NCBI RefSeq assembly: GCF_008000775.2
Contig: NZ_CP042905.2
Coordinates: forward strand, 4,230,001-4,262,000
Direction: 5' to 3'
Length of the DNA stretch: 32,000 bases
Source: Promethearchaeum syntrophicum
Lineage (GTDB): Archaea; Asgardarchaeota; Lokiarchaeia; Sigyniarchaeales; Promethearchaeaceae
The first letter of the stretch is position 1. Each line of letters opens with the position of its first letter. The translations under genes and the position numbers were made by a program. A model generated the notes under the pieces. The model had not been told where the DNA came from. It searched no databases and saw nothing but the letters and a program-made list of their open reading frames with translations. This document shows positions 1-9,171 of this stretch, piece by piece.

Positions 1-606
1 AATTGAAAAAAAAATTCAAATCAATATTTGAAAACACTGGATTTTTTATAGTATTGTAGTAGCGAACGCTCTCTAATTTAATAATCAGTTTTAGAAATTA
101 ACCGATTTTTGAATTTATAAGAAAACGACTACGTAAACTTTAAATACTAATATTTCCATGAATATTATAAGAGCTAAAAAATGATATTTTAGTTCACAAC
201 TAACCTGCGAAAATAAAATTAAACTATGTTTAGATGAGTAGAATGATATCAAATCGAAATCTTATTAACCGTTTATTCGGAAAAAATATCGGTATGCATA
301 CTTTATTGCCAATAACTTATTGGACAGTAAATGACGCAATGATTAAATGCCGATTTTTTAAGATTTAATTAAGATTTCGGTAAAAATATCATGAAATCGC
401 TAAACCTGAAACAAATCCAAAACCAGTTTTAATAAATAACTGGGTATGGGTGCAGGGCTTCTTTTCCTCTGAAATTTTTACCGAGATTTTTCAAGATTAA
501 ATTATTCAAATTGATCTAACAAATTTAAAAGAAAATCCAAAGGTTAAACCCATAATACAAAAAATCAACATATGTGATGAGAAATCATCACCGGAGGAAA
601 ATAATA

Positions 607-1023
607 ATGATGTTATTCAAGGTGCAGAAATCCATCTCATTTATCCCATTTGATTATCCCGATCCATTGATGAGTGAAATATTTAAATATAAATATAAAA
701 GTCAAGCGAACCACTGGGTTAATTCAAAAAAATCAGGGAATAGATTAGAATACCTAAATAAATTGGGTTATAAGATTCCTGTGCTGGAAAATAATGAAAA
801 AAACATCAGATCATATATGACCTTTAATCGCAAATGGGATAAACCGCGATCGGTGCGGTTTCCTAGCCCAGACGATTATGATGAATTAAATCCTCATCTT
901 AGTTCATTAAGTCAGATTCTAAAGCGTATAAATCTGGGAAGAAAGTATTCAGAACCAGGCCAAGGTCGTATAAGTATTAACTACAAAAAAATCAGGAGGG
1001 GATTACAGAAAGTAGCTAAATAG
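607..1023 (+). CDS. hypothetical protein
   Basis: The track ORF is 574..1023. GGAGG at 593-597 lies 9 nt upstream of ATG 607, so the shorter start (MMLFKVQ...) is preferred. I recognise no motif. Confidence 0.45.
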   Translation: MMLFKVQKSISFIPFDYPDPLMSEIFKYKYKSQANHWVNSKKSGNRLEYLNKLGYKIPVLENNEKNIRSYMTFNRKWDKPRSVRFPSPDDYDELNPHLSSLSQILKRINLGRKYSEPGQGRISINYKKIRRGLQKVAK

Positions 1024-1171
1024 CAAAAAAATTAGTAGAAAAAGTCATATTTCCTTAATTTCAGAATCGAAACTAAAAAAATGGAGGTGTTTGTTAGAAA
1101 GATAAGAAAATAGAAGAAATAGAAAATATTAAAAAAAAATAACATAAAAAACTGGACCTATATTAACATTT

Positions 1172-1200
1172 GAAATGCAATTTCGCATTTCATTTTTTTT
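1172..1200 (+). terminator. hairpin plus T8 terminator-like element
   Basis: GAAATGC (1172-1178) pairs with GCATTTC (1185-1191) around a 6-nt loop, followed by A and T8 (1193-1200). It sits between convergent genes, and the T-run is on the + strand. Confidence 0.5.
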
Positions 1201-1211
1201 ATCCTTTTACA

Positions 1212-1649
1212 TTATTTCTGAGGTTCAAATCCGAGATCCCATCGATAAATAGGATTCCCTTCTTTATCTTCTCCAGTTTGAGTTTTTAGATAGGTAACTT
1301 GAACAGGCATATCAAAGGTAACTTCCTTGGGTTTGTCTTCTTCTACACCAATTAATTGGCCTGAAACAGAACAACCTTCATCCATTTGACAAACGGCAAA
1401 TATATAGGGTTTTTTACGGTTATATCCTTTCTGAGTCATCGCTTTTGCCCCTACATAAATCGAAGAGAAAGTTTTCAATATTCCTTTTCCTGAAAGTTCA
1501 ATCCATTCAGATTCTGATATACATTTTGAGCATAATCGACGAGGTGGTAAATCTATATTTCCACATTTAGGGCATTTTGAACCCATTAACTTCTTTTCAC
1601 GTAAGAAATTAAAATATTTATCCACAGTAACCATATTTTCTTCACTCAT
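1212..1649 (-). CDS. DUF35 OB-fold/zinc-ribbon protein (thiolase-associated)
   Basis: Zinc ribbon CPKCGN-x10-CSKC followed by an OB-fold-like region. The preferred ATG at 1649 (MSEENMV) lies 1 nt after the thiolase stop (1651-1653); the track ORF extends to 1682. The thiolase + DUF35 pairing is typical of archaea. Confidence 0.8.
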   Translation of the reverse strand: MSEENMVTVDKYFNFLREKKLMGSKCPKCGNIDLPPRRLCSKCISESEWIELSGKGILKTFSSIYVGAKAMTQKGYNRKKPYIFAVCQMDEGCSVSGQLIGVEEDKPKEVTFDMPVQVTYLKTQTGEDKEGNPIYRWDLGFEPQK

Positions 1650-1650
1650 T

Positions 1651-2925
1651 TTAGATCTTCTCCTTAGTAAATATGTTAACAACTACAGTAGCACCACTAC
1701 CACCAACATTATGGGTCATTCCAATTTTTAAGTCTTTTTTAACTTGTCGATTTCGTTCAGCGATCCCACGCATTTGCTTAAATATTTCAACTATTTGTCC
1801 TACTCCAGTAGCACCTACAGGATGACCTTTGGTCTTCAAACCACCACTTGTATTAATTGGTCGAACTCCATCACGCTTAGTTTCCCCATTACCTATTGCT
1901 GCAGCGGCTTTTCCGGCTTCATAAAATCCAAGATCTTCTAGGGCTGCTAGTTCTGCAATGGTAAAACAATCGTGAACTTCTGCTATTTGAATATCTTTTG
2001 GACCGAGTCCACTCATTTCATATGCTTGGCGAGCTGCTTCTTTAGTGGCATCTAATCCAGACAAAACTCCTCCGGTTCGATCATGAAGGCTTAAGGATGC
2101 ACTTCCTTGTCCAATTCCACTAACCCAAATAGGATTATCAGTATATTTATATGCTTCTTCTTCAGAAGCTAAGAAGACACACGCGGCTCCATCAGTAATT
2201 AGACTACAATCGAATAATCTTAATGGATATGCAATCATTGGATTTGCTCTTGATCCTAAGAAATCATACTCATCCTTCCACTCAGGTACAGGTTTACCTC
2301 TCTTTATGGCCTTATTCTTCTTATTTTCCATTATTTCCTTCAAAGTGTGTTGTTCTTGAGCGAACGGATTTTCATGACCATTTTCATAAGCTTTTATCGC
2401 AATATTCCAGAGATCTTTTGGTGTTGTTCCAAATTCATGAAAATGCGCGTTTGCAATTGCAGCATATAATCCAGGAAAAGTTGCTCCTGCAAAATATTCA
2501 TAAGTCGTATCAGCTGCTGCTGCTAAAGCTCCAGTAACACCCTCAGTATTCAATTCGTTCATCTGTTCAACCCCACCAATGCAAACAACTTCGTTCACAC
2601 CGGAAGCAATACTCATTACTCCTTGTCTAAATGCAATACCCGAGCTTGCACAAGCTCCCTCGAATCGAGAGGCAGGTTTTGGTGTCAATCCTACCAAATC
2701 TGCCATTTGAGGTGCCATATGTCCTTGGTGGTTGAATAAATCAGCAGTAAAATTTCCCAAAAAAAACTCATCGATAACTTTCGGTGAAATTCCCTTATCA
2801 GTAAGTTTAACTGCATTAATCCATGCTTCTTGCCACATGTCTATTGAGCGAAGTTTAGGATAATTGATTCCGAATTTCGACATCGCAGCGCCGACAATAG
2901 CAACTTTCCGATTTAATTTTCTCAT
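1651..2925 (-). CDS. thiolase (acetyl-CoA C-acetyltransferase / SCP-x-type)
   Basis: Nucleophile motif FEGACASSG, GHPVGATGVGQ, and C-terminal NVGGSGATVVV. 424 aa. Confidence 0.9.
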   Translation of the reverse strand: MRKLNRKVAIVGAAMSKFGINYPKLRSIDMWQEAWINAVKLTDKGISPKVIDEFFLGNFTADLFNHQGHMAPQMADLVGLTPKPASRFEGACASSGIAFRQGVMSIASGVNEVVCIGGVEQMNELNTEGVTGALAAAADTTYEYFAGATFPGLYAAIANAHFHEFGTTPKDLWNIAIKAYENGHENPFAQEQHTLKEIMENKKNKAIKRGKPVPEWKDEYDFLGSRANPMIAYPLRLFDCSLITDGAACVFLASEEEAYKYTDNPIWVSGIGQGSASLSLHDRTGGVLSGLDATKEAARQAYEMSGLGPKDIQIAEVHDCFTIAELAALEDLGFYEAGKAAAAIGNGETKRDGVRPINTSGGLKTKGHPVGATGVGQIVEIFKQMRGIAERNRQVKKDLKIGMTHNVGGSGATVVVNIFTKEKI

Positions 2926-3087
2926 TTTTTATAACCTTACTAAACTATAATTCAAATTGTATTTAGAATATACTCTCATTTTATTAGAATAATATCTATT
3001 TATTTCGGTTATGTTTTTTTTAATTCCAAAACAATTATAAATGAATTTAGACACCTCTAATATTAGTGTTTTAGGAAGCTTTTACAA

Positions 3088-3999
3088 ATGAGATCAAAGA
3101 ACAAACATTCAAGAAATTCACTTTATAAGTATTATAAAGATGTCCCTATTGAAGAATTTTCAAAATTGAAAGCTTTTAGGGAAAATCATCAATTAAAGGA
3201 AATAATATATAAAAATAATCCAATTGAATACTATTCATCTGGCTCAGGAACCATAGCAGTTTTAATATTTCCTGGAGGTGCAGGAATTGCAGAAATCAAC
3301 TATAATAGAATAATTCATCTTGAAAAAAATTTCAGAGTAATCGCTCCTTCCTTCATGTATACGAAAAATATGACCGAATACACTGAATTTATTGAATTAT
3401 TGTTAGAAAAAGAAAATGTAAGTCGGTTAATACTTTTGGGCGGCAGTGGTGGCGGTTTCCTTGCTCAAGGTGTTTTCCATAGAATTTTTCCTAAAATTGA
3501 TGGCATGATTTTATCTAACACATATCCCCCAATACCAAAATGGGTAAAGGATTATAAAAAAGCATTTATCCTTCTAAAATTCCTTCCTAATAAACTTCTG
3601 AAAAAAATAATGTTAAAGAAATTAGGGGGTTATTTCAAAGATAGCGATATCAACCATTTAACCTCTGAACAACAAAATGCAATAATGTTGATCTCTGCAC
3701 ATCTTAACGAACTTATTAATACAAAATATGATAAAAAAACTATTCTACTCCCTCAATACAATTTAATCACTAATTGGAATGCAGAAATATATAAACCCGA
3801 ATTCTATTCTACTTGGAAGGGAAATATTTTAGTCATTATCGGAGATAAAGATAAAGGTTTTGAATATCATGAACGTTTAATGTCACAGTACCCTAATATT
3901 CAAGAATATGTAATTAAAGGAGCAGGACATACAGCAGGATTGCTCAAAAAAGAAGAATATGAAGGAATTATTGATAAATTTCTCATAGATTTTATTTAA
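3088..3999 (+). CDS. alpha/beta-fold hydrolase
   Basis: Nucleophile elbow LLGGSGGGFLAQ (G-x-S-x-G), a C-terminal GAGH histidine region, and a length typical of the fold. Confidence 0.65.
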   Translation: MRSKNKHSRNSLYKYYKDVPIEEFSKLKAFRENHQLKEIIYKNNPIEYYSSGSGTIAVLIFPGGAGIAEINYNRIIHLEKNFRVIAPSFMYTKNMTEYTEFIELLLEKENVSRLILLGGSGGGFLAQGVFHRIFPKIDGMILSNTYPPIPKWVKDYKKAFILLKFLPNKLLKKIMLKKLGGYFKDSDINHLTSEQQNAIMLISAHLNELINTKYDKKTILLPQYNLITNWNAEIYKPEFYSTWKGNILVIIGDKDKGFEYHERLMSQYPNIQEYVIKGAGHTAGLLKKEEYEGIIDKFLIDFI

Positions 4000-4080
4000 T
4001 CATTACTTTTATTAGAAATCCTTAAAATAGAAGAATTTACACAGAGATAAATAAGAAAAAAATCAAAAAAAACACTATTA

Positions 4081-4908
4081 TTATATACGATTACCACAAT
4101 TTGTACAAAAGGCAGTGCCTTGATCAACAAGAGTCCCACAATTTGGGCAAGCCACCATACCAGGTGTACTTGGTTTTTGAGTTGATGCCCCTAATCCATA
4201 AGCGGGTGCGGGTGTCTTAGGAGGTTCTGGTTTAGATGCTCCGAATGCATTTTTGCTTTTCTTTGGTTTCTTCGGTGAATAGCCTGCTTGACCCGGTTTA
4301 AACCGTATCGCACCAGCAAGTGCTCCGAATGCCCCTCCGATCAAACCCCCCTCAAGACATGAGAGGAATATCGCCCAGAATGGGGGCAAATCCGTTAATC
4401 CGGTGTATATTCCATCAATTACACCAGTAAATATTGATGCTGCACCCAGATCTTGACTTGAAATCAATGCAGTTAATCCGTAAATCAAAACTAAACCTAC
4501 TATCATAAATCCTCCTCCAAGCCAAACCCCTGTTAAGAAGCCTTCTTTAGGACTCCTGGAGAAAATGATCGCAGTTATAAAAACAGCCAATATCCAAGGA
4601 ATGATAAGTGCTAGCGCATAAACTGCATCACCTGGTCTATAAGCAAGAAGCCAATGAACTGGAAAAAGTAGAATTAAGAATAAACCCATAAAGCCATTGA
4701 TAACAATTGCTATAAATGAACCTGCTTCTGGACTAAGCAATTCTAATCCACCTGTTATAGTCTCACCTACATTTACGAATAATCCACCTGTTATGGCGCC
4801 ACCTAAATCAAAAACTGTAAATGCAATGGCCGACATGAATATCAAGCAGCAACTTGTAAAACAGTTTACGAAACACGATTTAAAAAATCCGATTTTTTTC
4901 ATCTCCAA
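4081..4908 (-). CDS. Gly-rich polytopic membrane protein with Pro-rich linker and C-terminal zinc ribbon
   Basis: Multiple hydrophobic Gly-rich segments, then the PKKPKKSK...PEPPKTPAP linker, then CPNCG-x12-CTNCG at the C-terminus. Confidence 0.6.
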   Translation of the reverse strand: MEMKKIGFFKSCFVNCFTSCCLIFMSAIAFTVFDLGGAITGGLFVNVGETITGGLELLSPEAGSFIAIVINGFMGLFLILLFPVHWLLAYRPGDAVYALALIIPWILAVFITAIIFSRSPKEGFLTGVWLGGGFMIVGLVLIYGLTALISSQDLGAASIFTGVIDGIYTGLTDLPPFWAIFLSCLEGGLIGGAFGALAGAIRFKPGQAGYSPKKPKKSKNAFGASKPEPPKTPAPAYGLGASTQKPSTPGMVACPNCGTLVDQGTAFCTNCGNRI

Positions 4909-4922
4909 AATTTTTTTATATT

Positions 4923-4981
4923 AGTAAGTTCTCAACGCTTGTTAAATAAATTATGTTATAAAAAAAGCGTGCGAACTTACT
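4923..4981. repeat. imperfect 15-bp inverted repeat (hairpin) in an intergenic region
   Basis: AGTAAGTTC (4923-4931) pairs with GAACTTACT (4973-4981), and ACGCTT (4935-4940) pairs with AAGCGT (4965-4970). A 3/2 internal loop separates the two stems and the apical loop is 24 nt. Confidence 0.5.
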
Positions 4982-5093
4982 CACTAGAAGTTAAGAAATC
5001 TGATCGTAAAAGTTCTCCATATAGAAACCATATGTAGATTAAATTTATCCAATTTTTTGAATTAATAAAATATTTTTATGTTCTTTTTTCTTA

Positions 5094-6137
5094 TTACGTG
5101 CTCAATTCTCTCATAATTTTTGCGTTGAGTTCTGGAAGAGCATCGCATATCATTGTTCCCGTTCCGAGTTCCACACCCGCTAAAAATTTAAGTTTTTCTT
5201 TACCCCTAAACGGAGTATAATATTCGATGTGGAAATGAAATAAATTTTCGGAGTTCTCCTTGGTATTTACGGGAGAATTATGCATTGCCATCACATAGGG
5301 CATTATATTACCATCTCCATGAAGAGCATCATATTTTTGCACAATTTTTTTCATGATCTGGGCAAGAGATTCGATTTCTGTTTCTGTAATTTCGATTAAT
5401 GAACGGAAGTGCCTTTTGGATATAATATGAATTTCAAATGCCCAATGTGCATAATAGGGAATAATTGCCAGGAAATCATCATTTTCACAAACAATTCTCG
5501 AATTTCCACCATTTTTCAATTCGTTTTTTTCGTTTTGCTCTTCTTTTAGGATATCACATAAGATACAAGAGTTTTTTTCTTTATTGTATTGTTTAAATGC
5601 TAAATATTCTTTTTCGATTTTAGGCGGAATAAATGGAAATGAAAAGATTTGTCCATGGGGATGAGTCATTGAATTGCCGATTTCTTTTCCCCTATTTTCC
5701 ATGATGAAGATATATTTCATATCCTTCATATTTTTTATAGCAGCGAACCTTTCCTGCCACATTTTTATAAGAGCAATTATATTTTGATGTTCTAATGTTC
5801 CAAAAGAAGCATCATGATCTTGTGAATAGAGAATAACCTCGCATTTACCATAATTTGGGGCTGTTTTTTTGAAAGATCCCATGATTTTCTCTATTGAAAA
5901 ATGTTTAGTTTCATCTAAAGAAGCAAATCGGTTTGGTAACTGTTTTACAACCCATTTTCCTGATCCTTCAGGAGCATCTGGGCAAAAAGGACATGTCCAC
6001 GTCTTTTTTGGTTCCTTTTTGAAGTTTTTCCCTTGAAATGGTCTCAAGTTTCTTTTTGGCGCGTAAATAATCCATTCTTTTTGAAATGGATCCCACCGAT
6101 ATTGAGATTTATCAGATTTTTCATCTAGCATTTTCAA
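5094..6137 (-). CDS. galT: galactose-1-phosphate uridylyltransferase family (HIT superfamily) nucleotidyltransferase
   Basis: Zinc motif CPFCPD and catalytic HPHGQIF (H-x-H-x-Q). 347 aa. Confidence 0.85.
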   Translation of the reverse strand: MKMLDEKSDKSQYRWDPFQKEWIIYAPKRNLRPFQGKNFKKEPKKTWTCPFCPDAPEGSGKWVVKQLPNRFASLDETKHFSIEKIMGSFKKTAPNYGKCEVILYSQDHDASFGTLEHQNIIALIKMWQERFAAIKNMKDMKYIFIMENRGKEIGNSMTHPHGQIFSFPFIPPKIEKEYLAFKQYNKEKNSCILCDILKEEQNEKNELKNGGNSRIVCENDDFLAIIPYYAHWAFEIHIISKRHFRSLIEITETEIESLAQIMKKIVQKYDALHGDGNIMPYVMAMHNSPVNTKENSENLFHFHIEYYTPFRGKEKLKFLAGVELGTGTMICDALPELNAKIMRELST

Positions 6138-6315
6138 AGAAATTAAATTACTTGATTATATTTCTATTTATGTCTTTTATTTTGATCAAAAATGAGATTC
6201 GATCTTAGAGTATGATCCACATATTACATAGATAATTTTTAGATGATAAGTTGTCTTTAGATAATCTTTGTTTTTAATTAGGTTAGCTATCATATATTTG
6301 GTGGGCACAGCACAA

Positions 6316-7395
6316 ATGATCTTTGACTTTATAATTCTTCGAAACGGGCTACCAGTTTTCATAGAAAATTACGATCCGAAATTAAGTTTATCAGTTGACA
6401 AGCACAAATTTACCTTAATTTCCGGGTTTTTCTCCGCTATTTCGACCTTTGCAGATTCTGTTGATAAACTAGGGCAGGTAGAAGAGGTAAAGATGACAGA
6501 TTACTTTTTTACATTCAAGCGCATCGATATCGAAAAAGCCGAAATATTATTTATTCTCAGTTCTGATAAGAGTTTACCCAAAAACATCAGAAAAATCATA
6601 ATCGAAGAATCTTCGTCAAAATTCCTATCATTATTCAAGAAAGAAATGATAAATAATTGGGGCGGAAAAGTTGAACCATTTTTAAAATTTAAAGAAGTGC
6701 TTACTAATATTTTAGAAAATATCCTAAAAGAAGTTACTTATGAAGAAAAAGGGAACCGGGTAATGACACCGCTAATAGATATCAAACTCGAAGAAAATAA
6801 AGAACTTCAAGATAAAACACGGCTAATAACTAGTAGATTTGACAGATACAAAACCCTACGCCATTATCAGCATAAATATGAAATCATGTCAAGTCCATAT
6901 GTTAAACATACGGCTAACCACCCAGATGATTTACCTTGGGCATCTCCCAAAGCTTGGACTACTATTGCAAACACACCAATCAATAATTTTAATCTCCAAT
7001 CTACTCAAAATATATCGAATTTTGAATCCAATTTTCGACCCACACAAAATACTTTGAGTTATAAAAATTCCGTTATTAAACCAACAATCAATTATTCTTC
7101 ATATATTAATCCTAAAATGCAATCCGAGGGTATGTTTACTAAGGATTCATTAAATTATACAGAAAACAATATTCATACTTCGGTTTATGACATTATTCCT
7201 TCGAAATTTGCGATTACTGCAGGGGATTTCCGCACGAAATTTAAAGAAAATTTCTGGTCAAAAGTTTTATTTGTAGCGATTGATGGACATAAAACCGTGA
7301 ATGAGTTGGCGAAAGAATTGGAATCTAAGCCAATAGATATATTGCAAGCGTGTCAAAATATGGTTAAATCGAATTTAGTCCAATTTAAAAGATAA
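6316..7395 (+). CDS. hypothetical protein: longin/roadblock-like N-domain, N/S/T/P-rich low-complexity middle, wHTH-like C-terminus
   Basis: The track ORF starts at TTG 6268; ATG 6316 (MIFDFIILRNGLPVF) is preferred. The N-terminus contains FTLISGFFSAISTFADSV. The C-terminus is VAIDGHKTVNELAKELESKPIDILQACQNMVKSNLVQF. The domain calls are pattern-level only. Confidence 0.5.
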   Translation: MIFDFIILRNGLPVFIENYDPKLSLSVDKHKFTLISGFFSAISTFADSVDKLGQVEEVKMTDYFFTFKRIDIEKAEILFILSSDKSLPKNIRKIIIEESSSKFLSLFKKEMINNWGGKVEPFLKFKEVLTNILENILKEVTYEEKGNRVMTPLIDIKLEENKELQDKTRLITSRFDRYKTLRHYQHKYEIMSSPYVKHTANHPDDLPWASPKAWTTIANTPINNFNLQSTQNISNFESNFRPTQNTLSYKNSVIKPTINYSSYINPKMQSEGMFTKDSLNYTENNIHTSVYDIIPSKFAITAGDFRTKFKENFWSKVLFVAIDGHKTVNELAKELESKPIDILQACQNMVKSNLVQFKR

Positions 7396-7464
7396 TTAGT
7401 TTTTACTATTTTTATTAATTTATTTTATTTAGAATATAAAAAAAAAAGATTTTAATTCATAATT

Positions 7465-9114
7465 TTAATCAAAATCTCTATCGCGCAATTTTCGGTGTAA
7501 GATTTTTCCCACATTAGTCTTAGGAAGTTCATCAAGAAATTCTATTTCGCGTGGAAATTTATAAGCAGCCATTTGTAATTTAGCCCATTCAATTATTTCA
7601 GATTCACTAATTTTTCCAACGAATTGGGGATGTAATGCAATAAAAGCTTTAATATTTTCTCCTCCAGTTTTCGGATCTAGAATTCCGATAACGCCACATT
7701 CCAAGATCGCTTCATGTTCAAGAAGAAATGCCTCAATTTCATCGGGATAAACTGAATGACCTTTATATTTTATTAAATTCTTCAATCTTGACACGATCTT
7801 AGTATACCCTTCCGAATCCATCAATGCGCCATCACCCGTATAAAGCCAACCATCTCGAATAGTTTGTTTATTTACTTCATCTTTTTTGTAATACCCTTTC
7901 ATAATCTGAGGACCTTTAACGCAGAGCTCTCCCACTTCATTAATTTGTAACATTTTAGTTCCAGTTTCAATGTCAACAATTTTCATATCAGTATTTGGGA
8001 ATGGTAGACCTACAGTTCCATTTTTAAATCGGCCATCAAGAGGGTTTGCATGTGTAACAGGACTTGCTTCTGTTAATCCGAAGCCTTCTCGGAGTTTTGC
8101 TCCAGTTAACTCTTCAAATTTATCTTGGATTTCTTTCGGTAATGGTCCAGCTCCAGAAATACAATATTTAAGAGAGGAAAGATTAAAATCTTTTACCTTG
8201 GGAAATTGATTGATATTATTATACATTGCAGCCACTCCGGGGAATAATGTGACTTTATGTTTTGTAATTTCTTCAAGTAGTTCTTCGGCATCTCTAGGAT
8301 TAGCGACGAGAATTTGATTAGCTGCAAGTCTTACTGCTAAGTTCATGCAGAGTTGTTGTGCGTAAATATGATATAAAGGCAATGCGGTTAACATGACTTC
8401 TTTGCCCATTTGAGATTCTGTGAACCAAACTTTGCCTTGTTCAACATTAGCGACTAGATTTTTATGAGTTAACATTGCACCTTTTGGCAAGCCTGTCGTA
8501 CCACCAGTGTATTGAAGACAAGCGATATCATTTTCAGGATCAATTTTTACTTTTGGAGGATTAGGTGCAGTTTTTGGAATGATATCTTCAAGAAAAATTG
8601 TTTTTCCATCTTCGGATATTGGATCTCCTGGTAATGTTGGATCAGGGGAAAACCATGCACCTAAAGAACTGTAAATAACTTTTTCCACGCATGTTTCTGG
8701 GATAACTGGATCTACAATTTGATTAAAACCCTCCCAAACAATAAGAACCTTAGTTTCTGAATCATTTAATTGATGTTTGATTTCGAGCGCGAGGAAGAGA
8801 GGGGATAAAAGAGTTACTCGAGCTCCAATTCTTAAGACCGCATAATAACATGCAATACAAGGGGGAACATTTGAAAAATGTAAAGCAACAGTATCATTTT
8901 TTTTTATCCCCAGATCATTTGCCAAATAGGTAGCTATCCTATCTACAATTTCATCAAGGGTCTTGTAATTTAATTGATTTCCAAAATATGTGGTAGCGAT
9001 TGCATCCGGATAATTTAATGCTGCATTTCTTAGGTTAATATCAAGTGAAATATTTGGGATTTCTATTATTTTAGGAATATTTTCAGGATAAAATTTGTGG
9101 TAAAGCTTCGACAT
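7465..9114 (-). CDS. long/medium-chain acyl-CoA synthetase (AMP-forming, ANL superfamily)
   Basis: AMP-binding motif YTGGTTGLPKGAMLTH, YRTGD-like WLYTGDGA, and the C-terminal A10 lysine in PKTNVGKILHRKL. Confidence 0.9.
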   Translation of the reverse strand: MSKLYHKFYPENIPKIIEIPNISLDINLRNAALNYPDAIATTYFGNQLNYKTLDEIVDRIATYLANDLGIKKNDTVALHFSNVPPCIACYYAVLRIGARVTLLSPLFLALEIKHQLNDSETKVLIVWEGFNQIVDPVIPETCVEKVIYSSLGAWFSPDPTLPGDPISEDGKTIFLEDIIPKTAPNPPKVKIDPENDIACLQYTGGTTGLPKGAMLTHKNLVANVEQGKVWFTESQMGKEVMLTALPLYHIYAQQLCMNLAVRLAANQILVANPRDAEELLEEITKHKVTLFPGVAAMYNNINQFPKVKDFNLSSLKYCISGAGPLPKEIQDKFEELTGAKLREGFGLTEASPVTHANPLDGRFKNGTVGLPFPNTDMKIVDIETGTKMLQINEVGELCVKGPQIMKGYYKKDEVNKQTIRDGWLYTGDGALMDSEGYTKIVSRLKNLIKYKGHSVYPDEIEAFLLEHEAILECGVIGILDPKTGGENIKAFIALHPQFVGKISESEIIEWAKLQMAAYKFPREIEFLDELPKTNVGKILHRKLRDRDFD

Positions 9115-9171
9115 ACTTTTCTATCTGTCATCGAAATTTAAAAAATGGATCATCAGAAGTAAAAAAAAAAA

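Noticed and set aside
1-573. Replication origin interpretation of the long AT-rich leader
   Set aside because: I could not recognise ORB/mini-ORB-like boxes, and no orc1/cdc6 gene is visible in the window. It is retained only as an alternative in the repeat-motif finding.
1744-2537. Plus-strand ORFs 1744..1941 and 2223..2537
   Set aside because: They lie entirely antisense within the well-supported thiolase gene and have no motifs.
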